A DNA stretch of 64,000 bases from Candidatus Poseidoniaceae archaeon. GTDB taxonomy: Archaea; Thermoplasmatota; Poseidoniia; Poseidoniales; Poseidoniaceae. The notes under the pieces are model-generated. The model made no database searches. It was not told where the DNA came from and saw nothing but the letters and a program-made list of their open reading frames with translations. The translations under genes and the position numbers were made by a program. Positions 48,782-59,627 of the stretch are shown here, piece by piece (position 1 is the first letter of the stretch; the number at the start of each line of letters is the position of its first letter). The stretch lies in NCBI GenBank assembly GCA_965662895.1, contig CBFIJH010000008.1, positions 27,852 through 91,851 on the forward strand. The letters are read 5' to 3'.

Positions 48782-51556
48782 TTGGAAAACCTAGACAATG
48801 ACTTCGGAAATATCCGATTCTCTGGAACTTTACGCCCCTCACAGGATGCAGCCGTATCAATTATCAAACCACAACTCGATTTGAACGAAAAAAGGCTCCA
48901 CATCGTCGCACCACCTGGTTCAGGAAAGACGGTTCTTGGTCTCTACGTTTGGTCCGATCTGGTTCGAGTTCCTACGCTTGTCCTTTCTCCAAATTCAGCG
49001 ATTCAGGCACAGTGGGCTGCTCGAACTTCTTTGTTCGATCTTGATGGAAAAGAAGACCAAATCAGTACTGACCCCAAGAATCCAGGATTGTTAACATGCC
49101 TAACATATCAATCTGTAACCATGCCCAAGCGAGGCGGAGAAGACCTCGATGTGACGGCTATCGAACTCTGGGCAGAAGTGCTCGTAACAAAAGCAGAAGC
49201 AGATACGAATGAAGCCGCATTGCTGTGGATTGCGGATTTGAAGCGAACGAATCCTGATTATTTTGATGAGCGTTTAGGCATCTATAGAAAAAAGGTTCGT
49301 GACGATTTTGCAAAGAATGGAAACGCTTTATGGACGCTCCATGATTCAGCAAGAAAGACCTTGACGAGACTCAAAAACAAGGGCATTGGAATGATTATTC
49401 TGGATGAATGTCATCACTTGTTGCATCATTGGGGAAGAGTCCTATCTGAATTAAAAGAATTCTTCGATGATCCAATTGTTCTTGGTCTCACCGCAACACC
49501 TCCCGATTTCTCAGCGGTGAAGCAAAAGAACGCTGACCGCTATCACGATTTCTTTGGTGAAATCGACTATGAAGTGCCAATCCCTGCGCTCGTTCGAGAT
49601 GCAAATCTTGCTCCATATCAGGATCTTTGCTATTTCGTCCGACCTGCTGAACATGAAGTCGAGTACATTGCGAAGGTCGATGATGAATTTGATGAAATTC
49701 TCGCTGAATTGGAACAGCCTCCTGCTTACGAAAACGGAGTACCTCGCTTACAAGATTGGGTGTATCAACAACTCAATGACAAAGTTTTGCCGGGAGGTAA
49801 GTCAGTCACGTGGACGACATATGCCAAACGAACCGGAGGCTTCAGTGACGCTGCGAGAATGTATCTCAAAAATTGCAAGATGAGCCTTCCACCAGATGTA
49901 CCCTCGTTCAAGGGTTCCGAATGGGGCCGGATGGCATATCTTCGTCTCGTCCTCGATCGTTACGTGCGGCATGGCCTACGACGATCTGAATTAAAAGAGG
50001 ACCATAAGAAGGGAGAGATTTTAACAAACCGACTTCAATTGCTTGGAATGCAAATCACAGAAACTGGGATTCGCCCATGTGCATCACCAGTTGGAAGAAT
50101 AATGGCCTATGCGGCAAGCAAAATTGAGGCACTTTCTGAGATCATTTCCACTGAAATGCAATCTCTCGGACAAGACATTCGTGCTGTTATCGTCACCGAC
50201 TATGAAAAGACCTCTGCAACAGCCTTGGTCGAAGGCGTCATGGACGATGAAGCAGGCGGTGCGATTGCGGCGTTCAGGTCCCTTGTGAAATGCGATTCAG
50301 GTGACATTCTTGACCCTATTCTCATGACGGGCAGTACGGTCTTGGTCGATGACGATCTTTCTGAACGATTTCTCGAAGCCGCTCGAGCTTGGATTGCTGA
50401 ACGTGATCTGGACATCGAATTAAGGGCGCGTCATGAAGAAACCTACCACGTCATAGTTGGTCGAGGAAAGGATTGGATTCCTCGATACTACTCCCTTATG
50501 ATTACCGAATTCTTCCAACAAGGACTAACAAAGTGTTTGATTGGCACGCGTGGACTTCTGGGCGAAGGCTGGGATGCATCGAAGATCAACGTACTCGTTG
50601 ATTTGACAACTGTTACGACGAGCATGAGCATTAATCAACTGCGAGGTCGCTCGATGCGATTGGACAAGGATTGGCCTGAAAAAGTAGCCAACAATTGGGA
50701 TGTTGTTTGTTTTGCGGATGAATTTACCCATGGTTACAAAGATTATGTCCGATTTGAGAAGAAACACAAACAACTGTACGGTGTTTGTGATGATGGAGCG
50801 ATCGAAAAAGGCGTAGGACACGTTCATGCAGCCTTCACTGAAGCTGAGCCTGAGGGAATCAGCGAAGGAATGAATTTGTTCAATGAAGAAATGCTTATGC
50901 GTTCGAGAAATCGTGAGAAAGCAAGAGATTTATGGGGCATTGGACAACCATTCAGTGCACATCCAAGAGCTGCAATCGAGGCGCAGGCAAACGAAGATAA
51001 CTTTGGGCTTGGGTCAGGATTCAAGTTTTCATCGAAAGAAATTTGGAGTGGACAATCACTCGTGCAGGCGATGGCATTGGTCGTTTCAAACAGTCTGATC
51101 CACACAGGACATATTTCGAACACGTGTCGAGCATCGGGAGGCGATCGTGGGGGTGGTTGGATGAGGATGCACCTTACCAACAGCACTGAAGAGGAATCCA
51201 AGATATTCTCTGAAGCGCTTGGAGAAGTCCTCGGGCCTTTGGAAAACCCGAGGTACGTAATATCTCGACATTCGCGTTTCTTCAACGAGACTTGGTTGAC
51301 CAAAATTCTACCAGAGGTTTTGGCGAAATATTTCCGCCCAATCGAGTCCAAACTTGTGATGTATCACTCTGTTCCAAAGATATTAGCTGGCAAACGTGCA
51401 GATGCAGATGTGTTCTTGCAGTATTGGCAGGAATTCGTCAGTCCAGCGGAATTGTTCTACGCGCACAGTGCTGAAGGTAAACTACGTGTTGAAGCCATTC
51501 GAAAGCAAAATCTCGGACCAAAGAATGCAACCAAGGAAAAGCAGATTTTCCTATGA
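48782..51556 (+). CDS. SF2 DExH helicase (ResIII/XPB-like) with long C-terminal extension
   Basis: APPGSGKT, DECHH, GLTATP, EGWD, QLRGRSMR; TTG start after SD GAGGAGG. Confidence 0.88.
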   Translation: MENLDNDFGNIRFSGTLRPSQDAAVSIIKPQLDLNEKRLHIVAPPGSGKTVLGLYVWSDLVRVPTLVLSPNSAIQAQWAARTSLFDLDGKEDQISTDPKNPGLLTCLTYQSVTMPKRGGEDLDVTAIELWAEVLVTKAEADTNEAALLWIADLKRTNPDYFDERLGIYRKKVRDDFAKNGNALWTLHDSARKTLTRLKNKGIGMIILDECHHLLHHWGRVLSELKEFFDDPIVLGLTATPPDFSAVKQKNADRYHDFFGEIDYEVPIPALVRDANLAPYQDLCYFVRPAEHEVEYIAKVDDEFDEILAELEQPPAYENGVPRLQDWVYQQLNDKVLPGGKSVTWTTYAKRTGGFSDAARMYLKNCKMSLPPDVPSFKGSEWGRMAYLRLVLDRYVRHGLRRSELKEDHKKGEILTNRLQLLGMQITETGIRPCASPVGRIMAYAASKIEALSEIISTEMQSLGQDIRAVIVTDYEKTSATALVEGVMDDEAGGAIAAFRSLVKCDSGDILDPILMTGSTVLVDDDLSERFLEAARAWIAERDLDIELRARHEETYHVIVGRGKDWIPRYYSLMITEFFQQGLTKCLIGTRGLLGEGWDASKINVLVDLTTVTTSMSINQLRGRSMRLDKDWPEKVANNWDVVCFADEFTHGYKDYVRFEKKHKQLYGVCDDGAIEKGVGHVHAAFTEAEPEGISEGMNLFNEEMLMRSRNREKARDLWGIGQPFSAHPRAAIEAQANEDNFGLGSGFKFSSKEIWSGQSLVQAMALVVSNSLIHTGHISNTCRASGGDRGGGWMRMHLTNSTEEESKIFSEALGEVLGPLENPRYVISRHSRFFNETWLTKILPEVLAKYFRPIESKLVMYHSVPKILAGKRADADVFLQYWQEFVSPAELFYAHSAEGKLRVEAIRKQNLGPKNATKEKQIFL

Positions 51557-52261
51557 GCAACTCGGACAGGTGATTTTGTCACCTTTGCAAGCAGAACAGA
51601 ATCGGTTTCGACAACTAAAACATCGAAAGTCAAACACCGTTACGGGTGTTGAGCATGTCGAATTTGCACACACCTCAGTGGCTTGAGTCGATGATTCAGG
51701 CATCGAAGACCAAAATGCAGCATTTGAAGTCGTGCTTGCTTGAGGGGCCGGAGTATGAGATCCCACAATGGTTTGAGCGCTTACTTGAACACCCCCCATA
51801 TTGAGAACTTCTTGCACGTAGAGATTTGAAAAAAATGGTTTGGATGCTATATCACCACGATTGAAAAACGATGCATAGGTTGCAGCAGCTTGCTCAACAC
51901 TCATTCCACTCAAATCACTCACCTGCATTTTCCGAATGAGTTGGTCATACCGATAATTCCCATTGGAGCGCGAATTGGAATGAGAGCGATTCGCTTGAGG
52001 ATGCATCGTACTGCCCCCCGCAAATCCTTGCTGGCCAATTCCAACCGTGAATCCTTCTTGCAATGTAAATGTCTTAAAAATCAAATGTGCTAGACCTGTG
52101 AATAATAATGTAAAGATCCCGAGGAAGCAGACAAAATCGCTCTCTGGAAACAAAGAGGGGAGCGCGATTGCAATGAGATACAACGCACCCAACCTTACTC
52201 TCTTTTTTTCTGCCACTGCCAACACCACACCCCAAGAGGTTGGCCATGGCGCCGTCTCCAA
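51551..52261 (-). CDS. Membrane protein with C-terminal Cys-rich (AN1-like) zinc finger
   Basis: Two TM helices; C..C...FRC..C..RFC..C...C..C. Start uncertain. Confidence 0.6.
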   Translation of the reverse strand: METAPWPTSWGVVLAVAEKKRVRLGALYLIAIALPSLFPESDFVCFLGIFTLLFTGLAHLIFKTFTLQEGFTVGIGQQGFAGGSTMHPQANRSHSNSRSNGNYRYDQLIRKMQVSDLSGMSVEQAAATYASFFNRGDIASKPFFSNLYVQEVLNMGGVQVSAQTIVGSHTPAPQASTTSNAAFWSSMPESSTQATEVCANSTCSTPVTVFDFRCFSCRNRFCSACKGDKITCPSCS

Positions 52262-52368
52262 GCGCCATGGCCGATTGGGTCTTAACCTACTTGCCCAAGC
52301 AAGTGCATGTCATTGTCCGAAGACTCCATTGGAGACATGTTACACTTTTACTGTCGGTCTATAAACAA

Positions 52369-53667
52369 TTATTCCCGAACAGCGATTCGTAACGTTGGTT
52401 CTTGTTTCCCGGCGAATGTCGCAGAGGACGGAACTTGACGATGAATGCCCATTCTCCTCTCAAGCTCAAGATGGGAAGCAGAAAAAGACGTCTTTGTGTC
52501 CACTTGATGCCCATAGAGGCCAATCGGTTGAAGTTCATCCTGCCAATCTGAATCCTCGTCCATGGCATTCGTGATTCGAATCCAATCGTGCTCTCGTTCC
52601 TTCAGAATCGCTGCACGTTTCCTCATTTTGTAGGAAGAGAATAGTTTCACAACTTGAGACCGGGGGAAAGCAAGCGGAGAGAGCATGAGGATACGATCTC
52701 CTTGTTGCCAAAACGAGCATGGTCCTAATTTCTCTTCATTGATCATCTCCAAGGCAGTCTCCAATGCTTCTTGACCAGAACCCCATGCACGAGGTAGCCA
52801 CAACATGATGACTGAGCGGTCTTTTGTCCCGGGTACGTGCGTGCTTGCCTCCACCATGTACTGTTGCATTGTTCGAGTTTCAACAACTTTTTTTCGAGAC
52901 TTTGATTTCTTCTTTTTGGCCTTCTTTTTCAGCCTTCGAGCCCGTTTGGGAATTATTTGAGATGAATTAATGCGTGGGATGTCTTCAAGCAATTCCTTCA
53001 ACGGTTTCTTCAGATGTTCCAAGGTAAGAACCGTACATTGGTAACCCGTCGTACCATGAATCGAACCTGGTAAACGAATAATTCGTCGCGAATCTGCTGT
53101 GACTCGCTCATCAACATCGAATCCTTTCTCTATGACTTGAGTAAGCAGTTGTTTACGTGATGCTCGAACTGTTTCTTCTCGCTCTTTAGGATCTTCAATA
53201 GCGAACTTTTCTCTATCCAAATCCAAGTAAAACAGATGAAACCCTTTGCTGCCCGAAAACGAACAACTCAGAAACTCCATGGAAGTATCAGAAGCGAGGT
53301 AATCGTGGAGATCGATGGCAATGGTTCTTGCTTTTTCGAGATTCTTCAGACTCAGGGGCGCCACATCGATGTCGAAGACAATGAGATGGTCAAGGAGAAT
53401 CGGATGTGGTCGCTCTTTGTCACGAAGACGTGGCAGATCGATTGGATCGAGCCACCTCGAGGTTGAGATGTAGAGATCGCTAACCACATCCTTACCGATG
53501 GCTTTGGCTAATGTCTGGTGGTTTCGAATACGTCGACGAGCGGTTACCCATTTTCCTTCAGTAGTTCTCCACCGGTACGAATGCTGATTCGGAGATGGAA
53601 TCCATGAGAAATCAATTGGATTCTGAGCATAGTGAGCGAGAAGTTCCTTGCTTCTCTCTTCGCTCAT
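52369..53667 (-). CDS. Archaeo-eukaryotic primase (PriS-like) with Lys-rich linker and extra C-terminal domain
   Basis: DLYIS..W.DP; LIVFDIDV (DxD); FSGSKGFH; D..VT.D..RIIRLPGSIH. Confidence 0.85.
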   Translation of the reverse strand: MSEERSKELLAHYAQNPIDFSWIPSPNQHSYRWRTTEGKWVTARRRIRNHQTLAKAIGKDVVSDLYISTSRWLDPIDLPRLRDKERPHPILLDHLIVFDIDVAPLSLKNLEKARTIAIDLHDYLASDTSMEFLSCSFSGSKGFHLFYLDLDREKFAIEDPKEREETVRASRKQLLTQVIEKGFDVDERVTADSRRIIRLPGSIHGTTGYQCTVLTLEHLKKPLKELLEDIPRINSSQIIPKRARRLKKKAKKKKSKSRKKVVETRTMQQYMVEASTHVPGTKDRSVIMLWLPRAWGSGQEALETALEMINEEKLGPCSFWQQGDRILMLSPLAFPRSQVVKLFSSYKMRKRAAILKEREHDWIRITNAMDEDSDWQDELQPIGLYGHQVDTKTSFSASHLELERRMGIHRQVPSSATFAGKQEPTLRIAVRE

Positions 53668-53668
53668 A

Positions 53669-54598
53669 TCACTCGTTTCTCAATCCGGCTTTCTTCAAGG
53701 CTTCGAGTAGGACTGCACCAAGTTCAGATGGATCTTTTGCACATGCGATTCCTGCTGCTTCAAAGGCTTCGAATTTTTCTTCAGCAGTTCCTTTTCCTCC
53801 AGAGATGATAGCACCTGCGTGCCCCATTCGCTTACCTGGAGGAGCCGTTGCACCTGCGACGAATCCAACGATTGGTTTCGAGACGTTCTCTTTGGCCCAT
53901 GCAGCAGCTTCTTGCTCCGCATTTCCACCGATTTCACCAATCATAACGATGGCTTCTGTTTGCGAATCCGCTTCGAAGGCTGCAAGACAATCAATGAATC
54001 CAGTTCCATTGACGGGGTCGCCACCAATTCCCACACAGGTCGATTGCCCTTCACCAATGCTCATGGTTTGAGCAACCGCTTCATACGTTAGAGTACCCGA
54101 TTTTGAAACGATTCCAATTCGGCCCTTGGCATGAATATGACCTGGCATGATTCCAATCTTCGCACCGCCATTCTCGCCTGGAGTGATGATTCCAGGGCAA
54201 TTCGGCCCAATCAATCGTACTCCGGGGCGGTTCTCGACAAAGGCAACAGCCTTGACCATGTCAAGTGTGGGAATTCCTTCTGTAATACAGACTACAACGC
54301 CCTCGCCTTTGACTTGGTCAAAGGCATCTGCTGCTTCCATGATGGCTTCCCCAGCAAACGGTGGAGGAACGTAGATGACGGTTGCATCCGCGTCTGTTGC
54401 TTCAATCGCTTCGAACATTGAATTCCAAACTGGGTAGGAGCTTCCTTGCAATTCAACGGTTTGACCGCCTTTTCCTGGTGTACATCCACCGACAATGTTT
54501 GTACCATACTCGACCATCTTATCAGCATGGAACATACCTTGCCTTCCTGTGATTCCTTGTACCAATACCTTCGCGTTCTCTTCAATCCAAATTCCCAT
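53669..54598 (-). CDS. sucD: Succinyl-CoA synthetase alpha subunit
   Basis: VQGITG, IGPNCPG, SGTLTYE, RMGHAGA. Confidence 0.97.
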   Translation of the reverse strand: MGIWIEENAKVLVQGITGRQGMFHADKMVEYGTNIVGGCTPGKGGQTVELQGSSYPVWNSMFEAIEATDADATVIYVPPPFAGEAIMEAADAFDQVKGEGVVVCITEGIPTLDMVKAVAFVENRPGVRLIGPNCPGIITPGENGGAKIGIMPGHIHAKGRIGIVSKSGTLTYEAVAQTMSIGEGQSTCVGIGGDPVNGTGFIDCLAAFEADSQTEAIVMIGEIGGNAEQEAAAWAKENVSKPIVGFVAGATAPPGKRMGHAGAIISGGKGTAEEKFEAFEAAGIACAKDPSELGAVLLEALKKAGLRNE

Positions 54599-55806
54599 CA
54601 AGCCTCACCTCCAATCAACTGTACAATCTTTTGAGCACCTTCGGCCAAGTCATCAGCGGGATGGATGTTGAGCGTAGAGGCGGCGAGAATCGCCTTGCCT
54701 TCATCGACATTCGTACCAGCAAGTCGTACGACGAGCGGTACGTTGAGATCGAGTGCTTCAGTTGCAGCGATAACCCCACGAGCGATAATGTCGCATCGCA
54801 TGATTCCACCAAAGATGTTGACGAGAATTCCTTTGACATTCGGGTCTTCGAGAATGATTGAGAACGCTGTCTTGACTTGCTCCTCATTGGCTCCGCCGCC
54901 AACGTCAAGGAAGTTTGCAGGTTCTCCACCGTACAACTTGATGACGTCCATGGTAGCCATGGCAAGACCCGCCCCATTGACCAAACAACCGATGTTTCCA
55001 TCAAGTTTGACGTACGAGAGACCTGTTTCCTTGGCACGTATTTCAACGTCTTCTTCTTCGGAAAGGTCTCGAATTTCGTCCCAATTCTTGTGACGGAACT
55101 CGGCATTCTCATCAAAACTAACCTTTGCATCTAGTGCGACCATGTCGTCGTCCCCTGTTCGGACCAATGGGTTGATTTCGACCATAGTACAGTCCTCCTC
55201 AAGGAACAACTTGTACAATGATCGGAGCATCTTTCCGAATGACTTGTGTGCTGCACCGGAGAGTCCGAGCGCAAGACCAAGGTCACGGACTTGGTAACCC
55301 ATCAGACCTGCATTGGGGTCAACATTGACCTTGTGCAATAGTTCTGGAGTTTCTTCAGCGACCTCTTCAATGTCCATTCCACCTTCGGTAGAGGCCATGA
55401 TGAGAACTGATTTTTGCTCACGATCGACAAGCAATGCGAGGTAATATTCGTGAGCGATGTCACAACCCGACTCAACGTAAAGATGGTTCACAAGTTTTCC
55501 TTCTTCACCTGTTTGCTTCGTAACAAGAACATGCCCAAGAATATTGGTGGCAAAGGTTTGGACATCTTCACGAGAGAAGGCGATTTTCACTCCACCCTCC
55601 ATCACCAAGTCGCCAGAATTCTGGTCGTACAAATTTCCTTTTCCTCGACCACCTGCATGGATTTGTGATTTGACGGCTACAACCTTTGACTGGAGGGCAT
55701 CATAAGCACTCAACGCTTCTTCAACAGTCTTGCAGTGGACGCCCTCAAGTACCGTTACTCCGTGTGATTTGAACAGTGCTTTTCCTTGATATTCGTGGAT
55801 GTTCAT
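54598..55806 (-). CDS. sucC: Succinyl-CoA synthetase beta subunit
   Basis: [36 protein letters not shown]. Confidence 0.97.
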   Translation of the reverse strand: MNIHEYQGKALFKSHGVTVLEGVHCKTVEEALSAYDALQSKVVAVKSQIHAGGRGKGNLYDQNSGDLVMEGGVKIAFSREDVQTFATNILGHVLVTKQTGEEGKLVNHLYVESGCDIAHEYYLALLVDREQKSVLIMASTEGGMDIEEVAEETPELLHKVNVDPNAGLMGYQVRDLGLALGLSGAAHKSFGKMLRSLYKLFLEEDCTMVEINPLVRTGDDDMVALDAKVSFDENAEFRHKNWDEIRDLSEEEDVEIRAKETGLSYVKLDGNIGCLVNGAGLAMATMDVIKLYGGEPANFLDVGGGANEEQVKTAFSIILEDPNVKGILVNIFGGIMRCDIIARGVIAATEALDLNVPLVVRLAGTNVDEGKAILAASTLNIHPADDLAEGAQKIVQLIGGEA

Positions 55807-55921
55807 TGGTTCACCAAATGCTGCGAGCAAAAGAACGCCTTTGAACTGTGCGGACGAAGAGCCTCGACCTACCATCGCGTGTACACTACAACTTGAAAAA
55901 GAAAACTACAGTGCGTCAAGC

Positions 55922-56926
55922 ATGCAGGTCGTGGTTCTCGCAGGTGGTTTTGGATCACGATTGCGCCCATGGACCTACAACATTCCAAAACCGATTTTGC
56001 CGATGTTGGATAAAACACTGCTTGAACACGTTGTGGAAGTCGTACCGAGCGATATCGTCGATGAAGTTGTTGTTGCTGGCGGATACAAAGTCGAAGACAT
56101 TGAACAATACTTTCAATCAGCAGACGTTCCGTACGATGTCACTGTAGTCAAAGAAAAGGAACCTCTGGGGACAGGAGGAGCGCTCGGGAACTGCAGTGAT
56201 GTAGTCTCGGACAACTTCATCTGCCTTAACGGCGACATTATTTCCTCGCTCAATATGCAAGTTGGTCTCGATTTGCATCAGTTGAACGGAGGAATAGGAA
56301 CATTAGCGCTCTGGGAAGTTGAAGATCCAACACGATTTGGTATCGTTGGTTTGGATGAGAAGAAACGCATAACCAGGTTCAAAGAAAAACCAAAACCAGA
56401 AGAAGTGTTTTCGAATCTCATCAACGCAGGATCGTATCTTTTCGAGGATTCAATTTTTGATTACATTCCAAAAGGAAAAAGTTCACTCGAACGCAACGTG
56501 TTTCCAATTCTTGCTGAGGAACGTCAACTCAACGGGTTCACCTTTGATGGATATTTCATCGATGCAGGAACTCCGAAGAGTTGGTCGCTTGGCGTGCAAG
56601 CGAGCATTGCCAACAAACGCTGGAAAAACGGGAGTAGAATCAACACAAATTGGTTCGCTGATGATTCTGTTCAAATCGATAAGAACAGTGAAATCGAACA
56701 TTCGATGCTTTCCACAGGCACGTTCGTTGAATCTGCGAGAATTACAAAATGCAGCCTCCTGAACGATGCCATCATCGGAAAGAACTCTGTCCTTAACGAA
56801 ACGCTCGTTGGTAGAAATGCGACCATCGGTTCGAATTGTTCACTGGATAATGTTGTCGTTGACCACGATTCTATCGTACCAGACAATACACATCTGTCCG
56901 ATACACAATGGCCTCCCGTTGTATGA
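55922..56926 (+). CDS. Sugar-phosphate nucleotidyltransferase (NDP-sugar synthase) with left-handed beta-helix tail
   Basis: VLAGGFGSRLRP...PKP, EPLGTGGA, NGD, EKP. Confidence 0.92.
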   Translation: MQVVVLAGGFGSRLRPWTYNIPKPILPMLDKTLLEHVVEVVPSDIVDEVVVAGGYKVEDIEQYFQSADVPYDVTVVKEKEPLGTGGALGNCSDVVSDNFICLNGDIISSLNMQVGLDLHQLNGGIGTLALWEVEDPTRFGIVGLDEKKRITRFKEKPKPEEVFSNLINAGSYLFEDSIFDYIPKGKSSLERNVFPILAEERQLNGFTFDGYFIDAGTPKSWSLGVQASIANKRWKNGSRINTNWFADDSVQIDKNSEIEHSMLSTGTFVESARITKCSLLNDAIIGKNSVLNETLVGRNATIGSNCSLDNVVVDHDSIVPDNTHLSDTQWPPVV

Positions 56927-56968
56927 ATAAATGGAAGATATCAAGAAGAATCAGGGACTGGGATTGCC

Positions 56969-57634
56969 ATGCAGCCGTTAATTGTCGTCAACTTCAAGAC
57001 CTATCCGACTGCTATGGGAGAGAAAGCTATCGAACTCGCCAAGGCGATGGAGCGTGCCTCAACCGAGCGCGTTCGGATGGTAGCAGTTGTCTCTGCTTTC
57101 GATCTTTACGCCGTCAAACAATCGGCTCCAAGTCTTGAAGTCTGGAGCCAGCACCTTGACCCGGTCGGGCAAGGATCTTTCACGGGATGGCTTCAACCAG
57201 ATAACGCTATAGAACGAGGCGCTCAGGGAACAATCATCAACCATGCGGAACACAAGGTTGACATTCATCATGTTGAAAATTTGATGAAACAACTACCAGA
57301 TAGTTTCCCGATTTGTGCTTGCGCTGCCAACGTCGATGAAGCAAACAAACTCGCAGAACTCGGACCGACATTCGTTGCTGTTGAACCACCTGAACTCATC
57401 GGAGGAGATGTCTCCGTGACGACAGCAGATCCTGCCATTGTTTCAGATACTGTTGATGCCGTCCGTTCCATTAATCCCAACGTACGTGTTCTTTGCGGAG
57501 CAGGTGTAAAAAATGGAAACGATGTACGTACAGCTGTCGAACTCGGCGCACATGGCGTCTTGCTTGCCTCAGGTGTTACAAAGGCAGAAAACCTTGATGA
57601 CGTTCTCAACAATCTCGTCGCTGGACTTGAGTAA
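56969..57634 (+). CDS. tpiA: Triosephosphate isomerase (archaeal type)
   Basis: VNFKTY, NHAEH, AVEPPELIG, LCGAGV, GVLLASG. Confidence 0.97.
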   Translation: MQPLIVVNFKTYPTAMGEKAIELAKAMERASTERVRMVAVVSAFDLYAVKQSAPSLEVWSQHLDPVGQGSFTGWLQPDNAIERGAQGTIINHAEHKVDIHHVENLMKQLPDSFPICACAANVDEANKLAELGPTFVAVEPPELIGGDVSVTTADPAIVSDTVDAVRSINPNVRVLCGAGVKNGNDVRTAVELGAHGVLLASGVTKAENLDDVLNNLVAGLE

Positions 57635-57648
57635 AGGGATGTGCAGAC

Positions 57649-58956
57649 ATGGCTCGGAAAACAAAACGTAAACCGGTTCGAATCGCCCACGAACTTTCAC
57701 GGAAACGACGTCGAGATATCGAAAAAGCACTGGCTGAACATGAGATTACAGATCGAGCAGAATGGGATCGAACATCAGAATGGAGCGATTGTCGGTTTTA
57801 TCGAAAGTTGGTCAAAAAAGGAACAATTCGAACAATTGACCTACCCTTGTTGGAGGTAAGTATAGGCGACCCATGGTCGACCTCAGTGACCATCATTCAT
57901 GGAAAACGTCCTGGTCCGACCATTACCATCCTTGGCGGAATGCATGGTGATGAACTCACAGGTCCTTCGGCTTGCACTCACCTTCTTAGTAAAGCGTTCA
58001 CAGATCCTGAGAAAGTACTCGATCCTGAAACACTTGCTGGAACGATCCGTATTGTTCCAGTTGTCAACATGCCGGGATATCGATCAAAATCCAGATACTT
58101 CCCGGATGGAAGGGATTTGAACCGAAACTTCCGAGGAAATCCAAAAGGTTCCTCAACACGAAGAGTCGCTGCCCAAGTCTGGAAATATTTGGTTGAAGAT
58201 TCGGACGCAATCATCGATTTGCATAGCGCAGGTAAGGGTCGCTCAAACATGCCACAACTTCGCGTTGATCTTGCCCATGCAGGTTCCAACATCCTGGCAA
58301 AAGCCTTCGGAATCGAAATTCTCCTCGATTCCAAACCACCAAAAGGGTCGCTTCGAAATCAAGCGAATTTGGAAGATATTCCTGCAATAACCTACGAAGG
58401 TGGTGGAGCGAATTGGTTGGACCAAGACTCTGTCAAAGTAGCGGTCCATGGAGTCATGAACGTCTTGAGAAAACTCAAGATGGTTCCTGGAAAACCTCAC
58501 AGGCCACGCTTCAGAATGCTTGCAAGCGGATCAACGTGGCTAAGAGCGGGCGAAGGAGGCCTGCTCGACCTCTTCGTTGATAGTGGTTCAATCATGAATG
58601 AAGGCGATGTTGTTGCCCGCATTTCAGATCCTGCAACGCCTGGACTTTCTGTTGATATTCTTGCACCAGAAGATGGATTGATGATTTGCATAGCAACCAA
58701 CCCATTCGTAGCTGCAGGAATGCCAGTTGGTCATTTCTTACCAATTTCGAAGCACATGTCCCTACTTGAAGAACAAGTTGACGGATTTGGACGATTTGTC
58801 ACCCAAGGTTCTCTCGATGAACCAGTATGGAGAGAAGAAGAAGAAATTGAAGTCGAAGTTCGAGGAGAATGGGATGGTGGTAGCGTCGACAGTGGTTGGC
58901 TTGAGGCTACTCTTGAAGAGGTCAATCGGGAAGAAAATACCGAAGAAGAAGCCTAA
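57649..58956 (+). CDS. Succinylglutamate desuccinylase/aspartoacylase family (M14-like) protein
   Basis: HGDE, DLNRNF, IDLHS, TYEGG; basic N-terminal and acidic C-terminal extensions. Confidence 0.88.
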   Translation: MARKTKRKPVRIAHELSRKRRRDIEKALAEHEITDRAEWDRTSEWSDCRFYRKLVKKGTIRTIDLPLLEVSIGDPWSTSVTIIHGKRPGPTITILGGMHGDELTGPSACTHLLSKAFTDPEKVLDPETLAGTIRIVPVVNMPGYRSKSRYFPDGRDLNRNFRGNPKGSSTRRVAAQVWKYLVEDSDAIIDLHSAGKGRSNMPQLRVDLAHAGSNILAKAFGIEILLDSKPPKGSLRNQANLEDIPAITYEGGGANWLDQDSVKVAVHGVMNVLRKLKMVPGKPHRPRFRMLASGSTWLRAGEGGLLDLFVDSGSIMNEGDVVARISDPATPGLSVDILAPEDGLMICIATNPFVAAGMPVGHFLPISKHMSLLEEQVDGFGRFVTQGSLDEPVWREEEEIEVEVRGEWDGGSVDSGWLEATLEEVNREENTEEEA

Positions 58957-58957
58957 G

Positions 58958-58997
58958 CAAAGGGTAGCGTCTGACAAGACCCACTGCAAGTCCTTTG
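58958..58997 (-). repeat. Island repeat element copy A (left half, minus orientation)
   Basis: Reverse complement CAAAGGACTTGCAGTGGGTCTTGTCAGACGCTAC matches 63767-63800 at 30/34. Confidence 0.85.
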
Positions 58998-59104
58998 AAT
59001 TTCGAATACCTGAGCAATGGCTATTCGGATAGACCCTCTGATAATGTCAACACAAATCTTTGCGTTTTACAAACATTAACTAAGGCAAATTGTTTGGTAC
59101 AGCT

Positions 59105-59623
59105 ATGCGTCACTTGATATTCATCCTAACGCTGTTGTCCTCATTTTCCTTTGCACAGATTGCCTCAGCACATGGAGGAGAAGAATCACCAGGATTGTCA
59201 AATATACAAGTTCTAATCATCTCGGGTGTTTCATCGCTTGTCTTTTTCATATTGTTTGTTGTCGTTAAGAAGTACGATGTAATTATGGCCCGATCCAGTC
59301 TATATTCGCTTGTTCTGTTTACTTCAACAGTGCATATTCTGCTTGGGTTAGATGAATCATTGTTAATCGTAGGCGGAGTAGGTGCCTTATCAGTCAGCTT
59401 TTTCCCTTTGGTTTCTAATTTCTCAAAAAGAATTTACCAAATAGCAGATTTTGCACTGGCATTGATAGTGCTATCAATGTTCATCGGCTATTTTGTTTAC
59501 AATCATGATTTGCACTACATTTTAGAGGATTATCTGGGGATCATAACAAAACTAATCGAATTGAGCATTTTATTCATACTTGCTAAACAACACATATTTG
59601 CAGGACAGAAAACAGGGGCTTGA
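59105..59623 (+). CDS. Membrane protein with signal-like N-terminus (AHGGEE) and about 5 TM helices
   Basis: Hydrophobic ORF with His residues in and near the TM segments. Confidence 0.65.
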   Translation: MRHLIFILTLLSSFSFAQIASAHGGEESPGLSNIQVLIISGVSSLVFFILFVVVKKYDVIMARSSLYSLVLFTSTVHILLGLDESLLIVGGVGALSVSFFPLVSNFSKRIYQIADFALALIVLSMFIGYFVYNHDLHYILEDYLGIITKLIELSILFILAKQHIFAGQKTGA

Positions 59624-59627
59624 GATA

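Noticed and set aside
47249-51556. Type III restriction-modification system
   Set aside because: No methyltransferase nearby and no recognisable nuclease motif in the helicase
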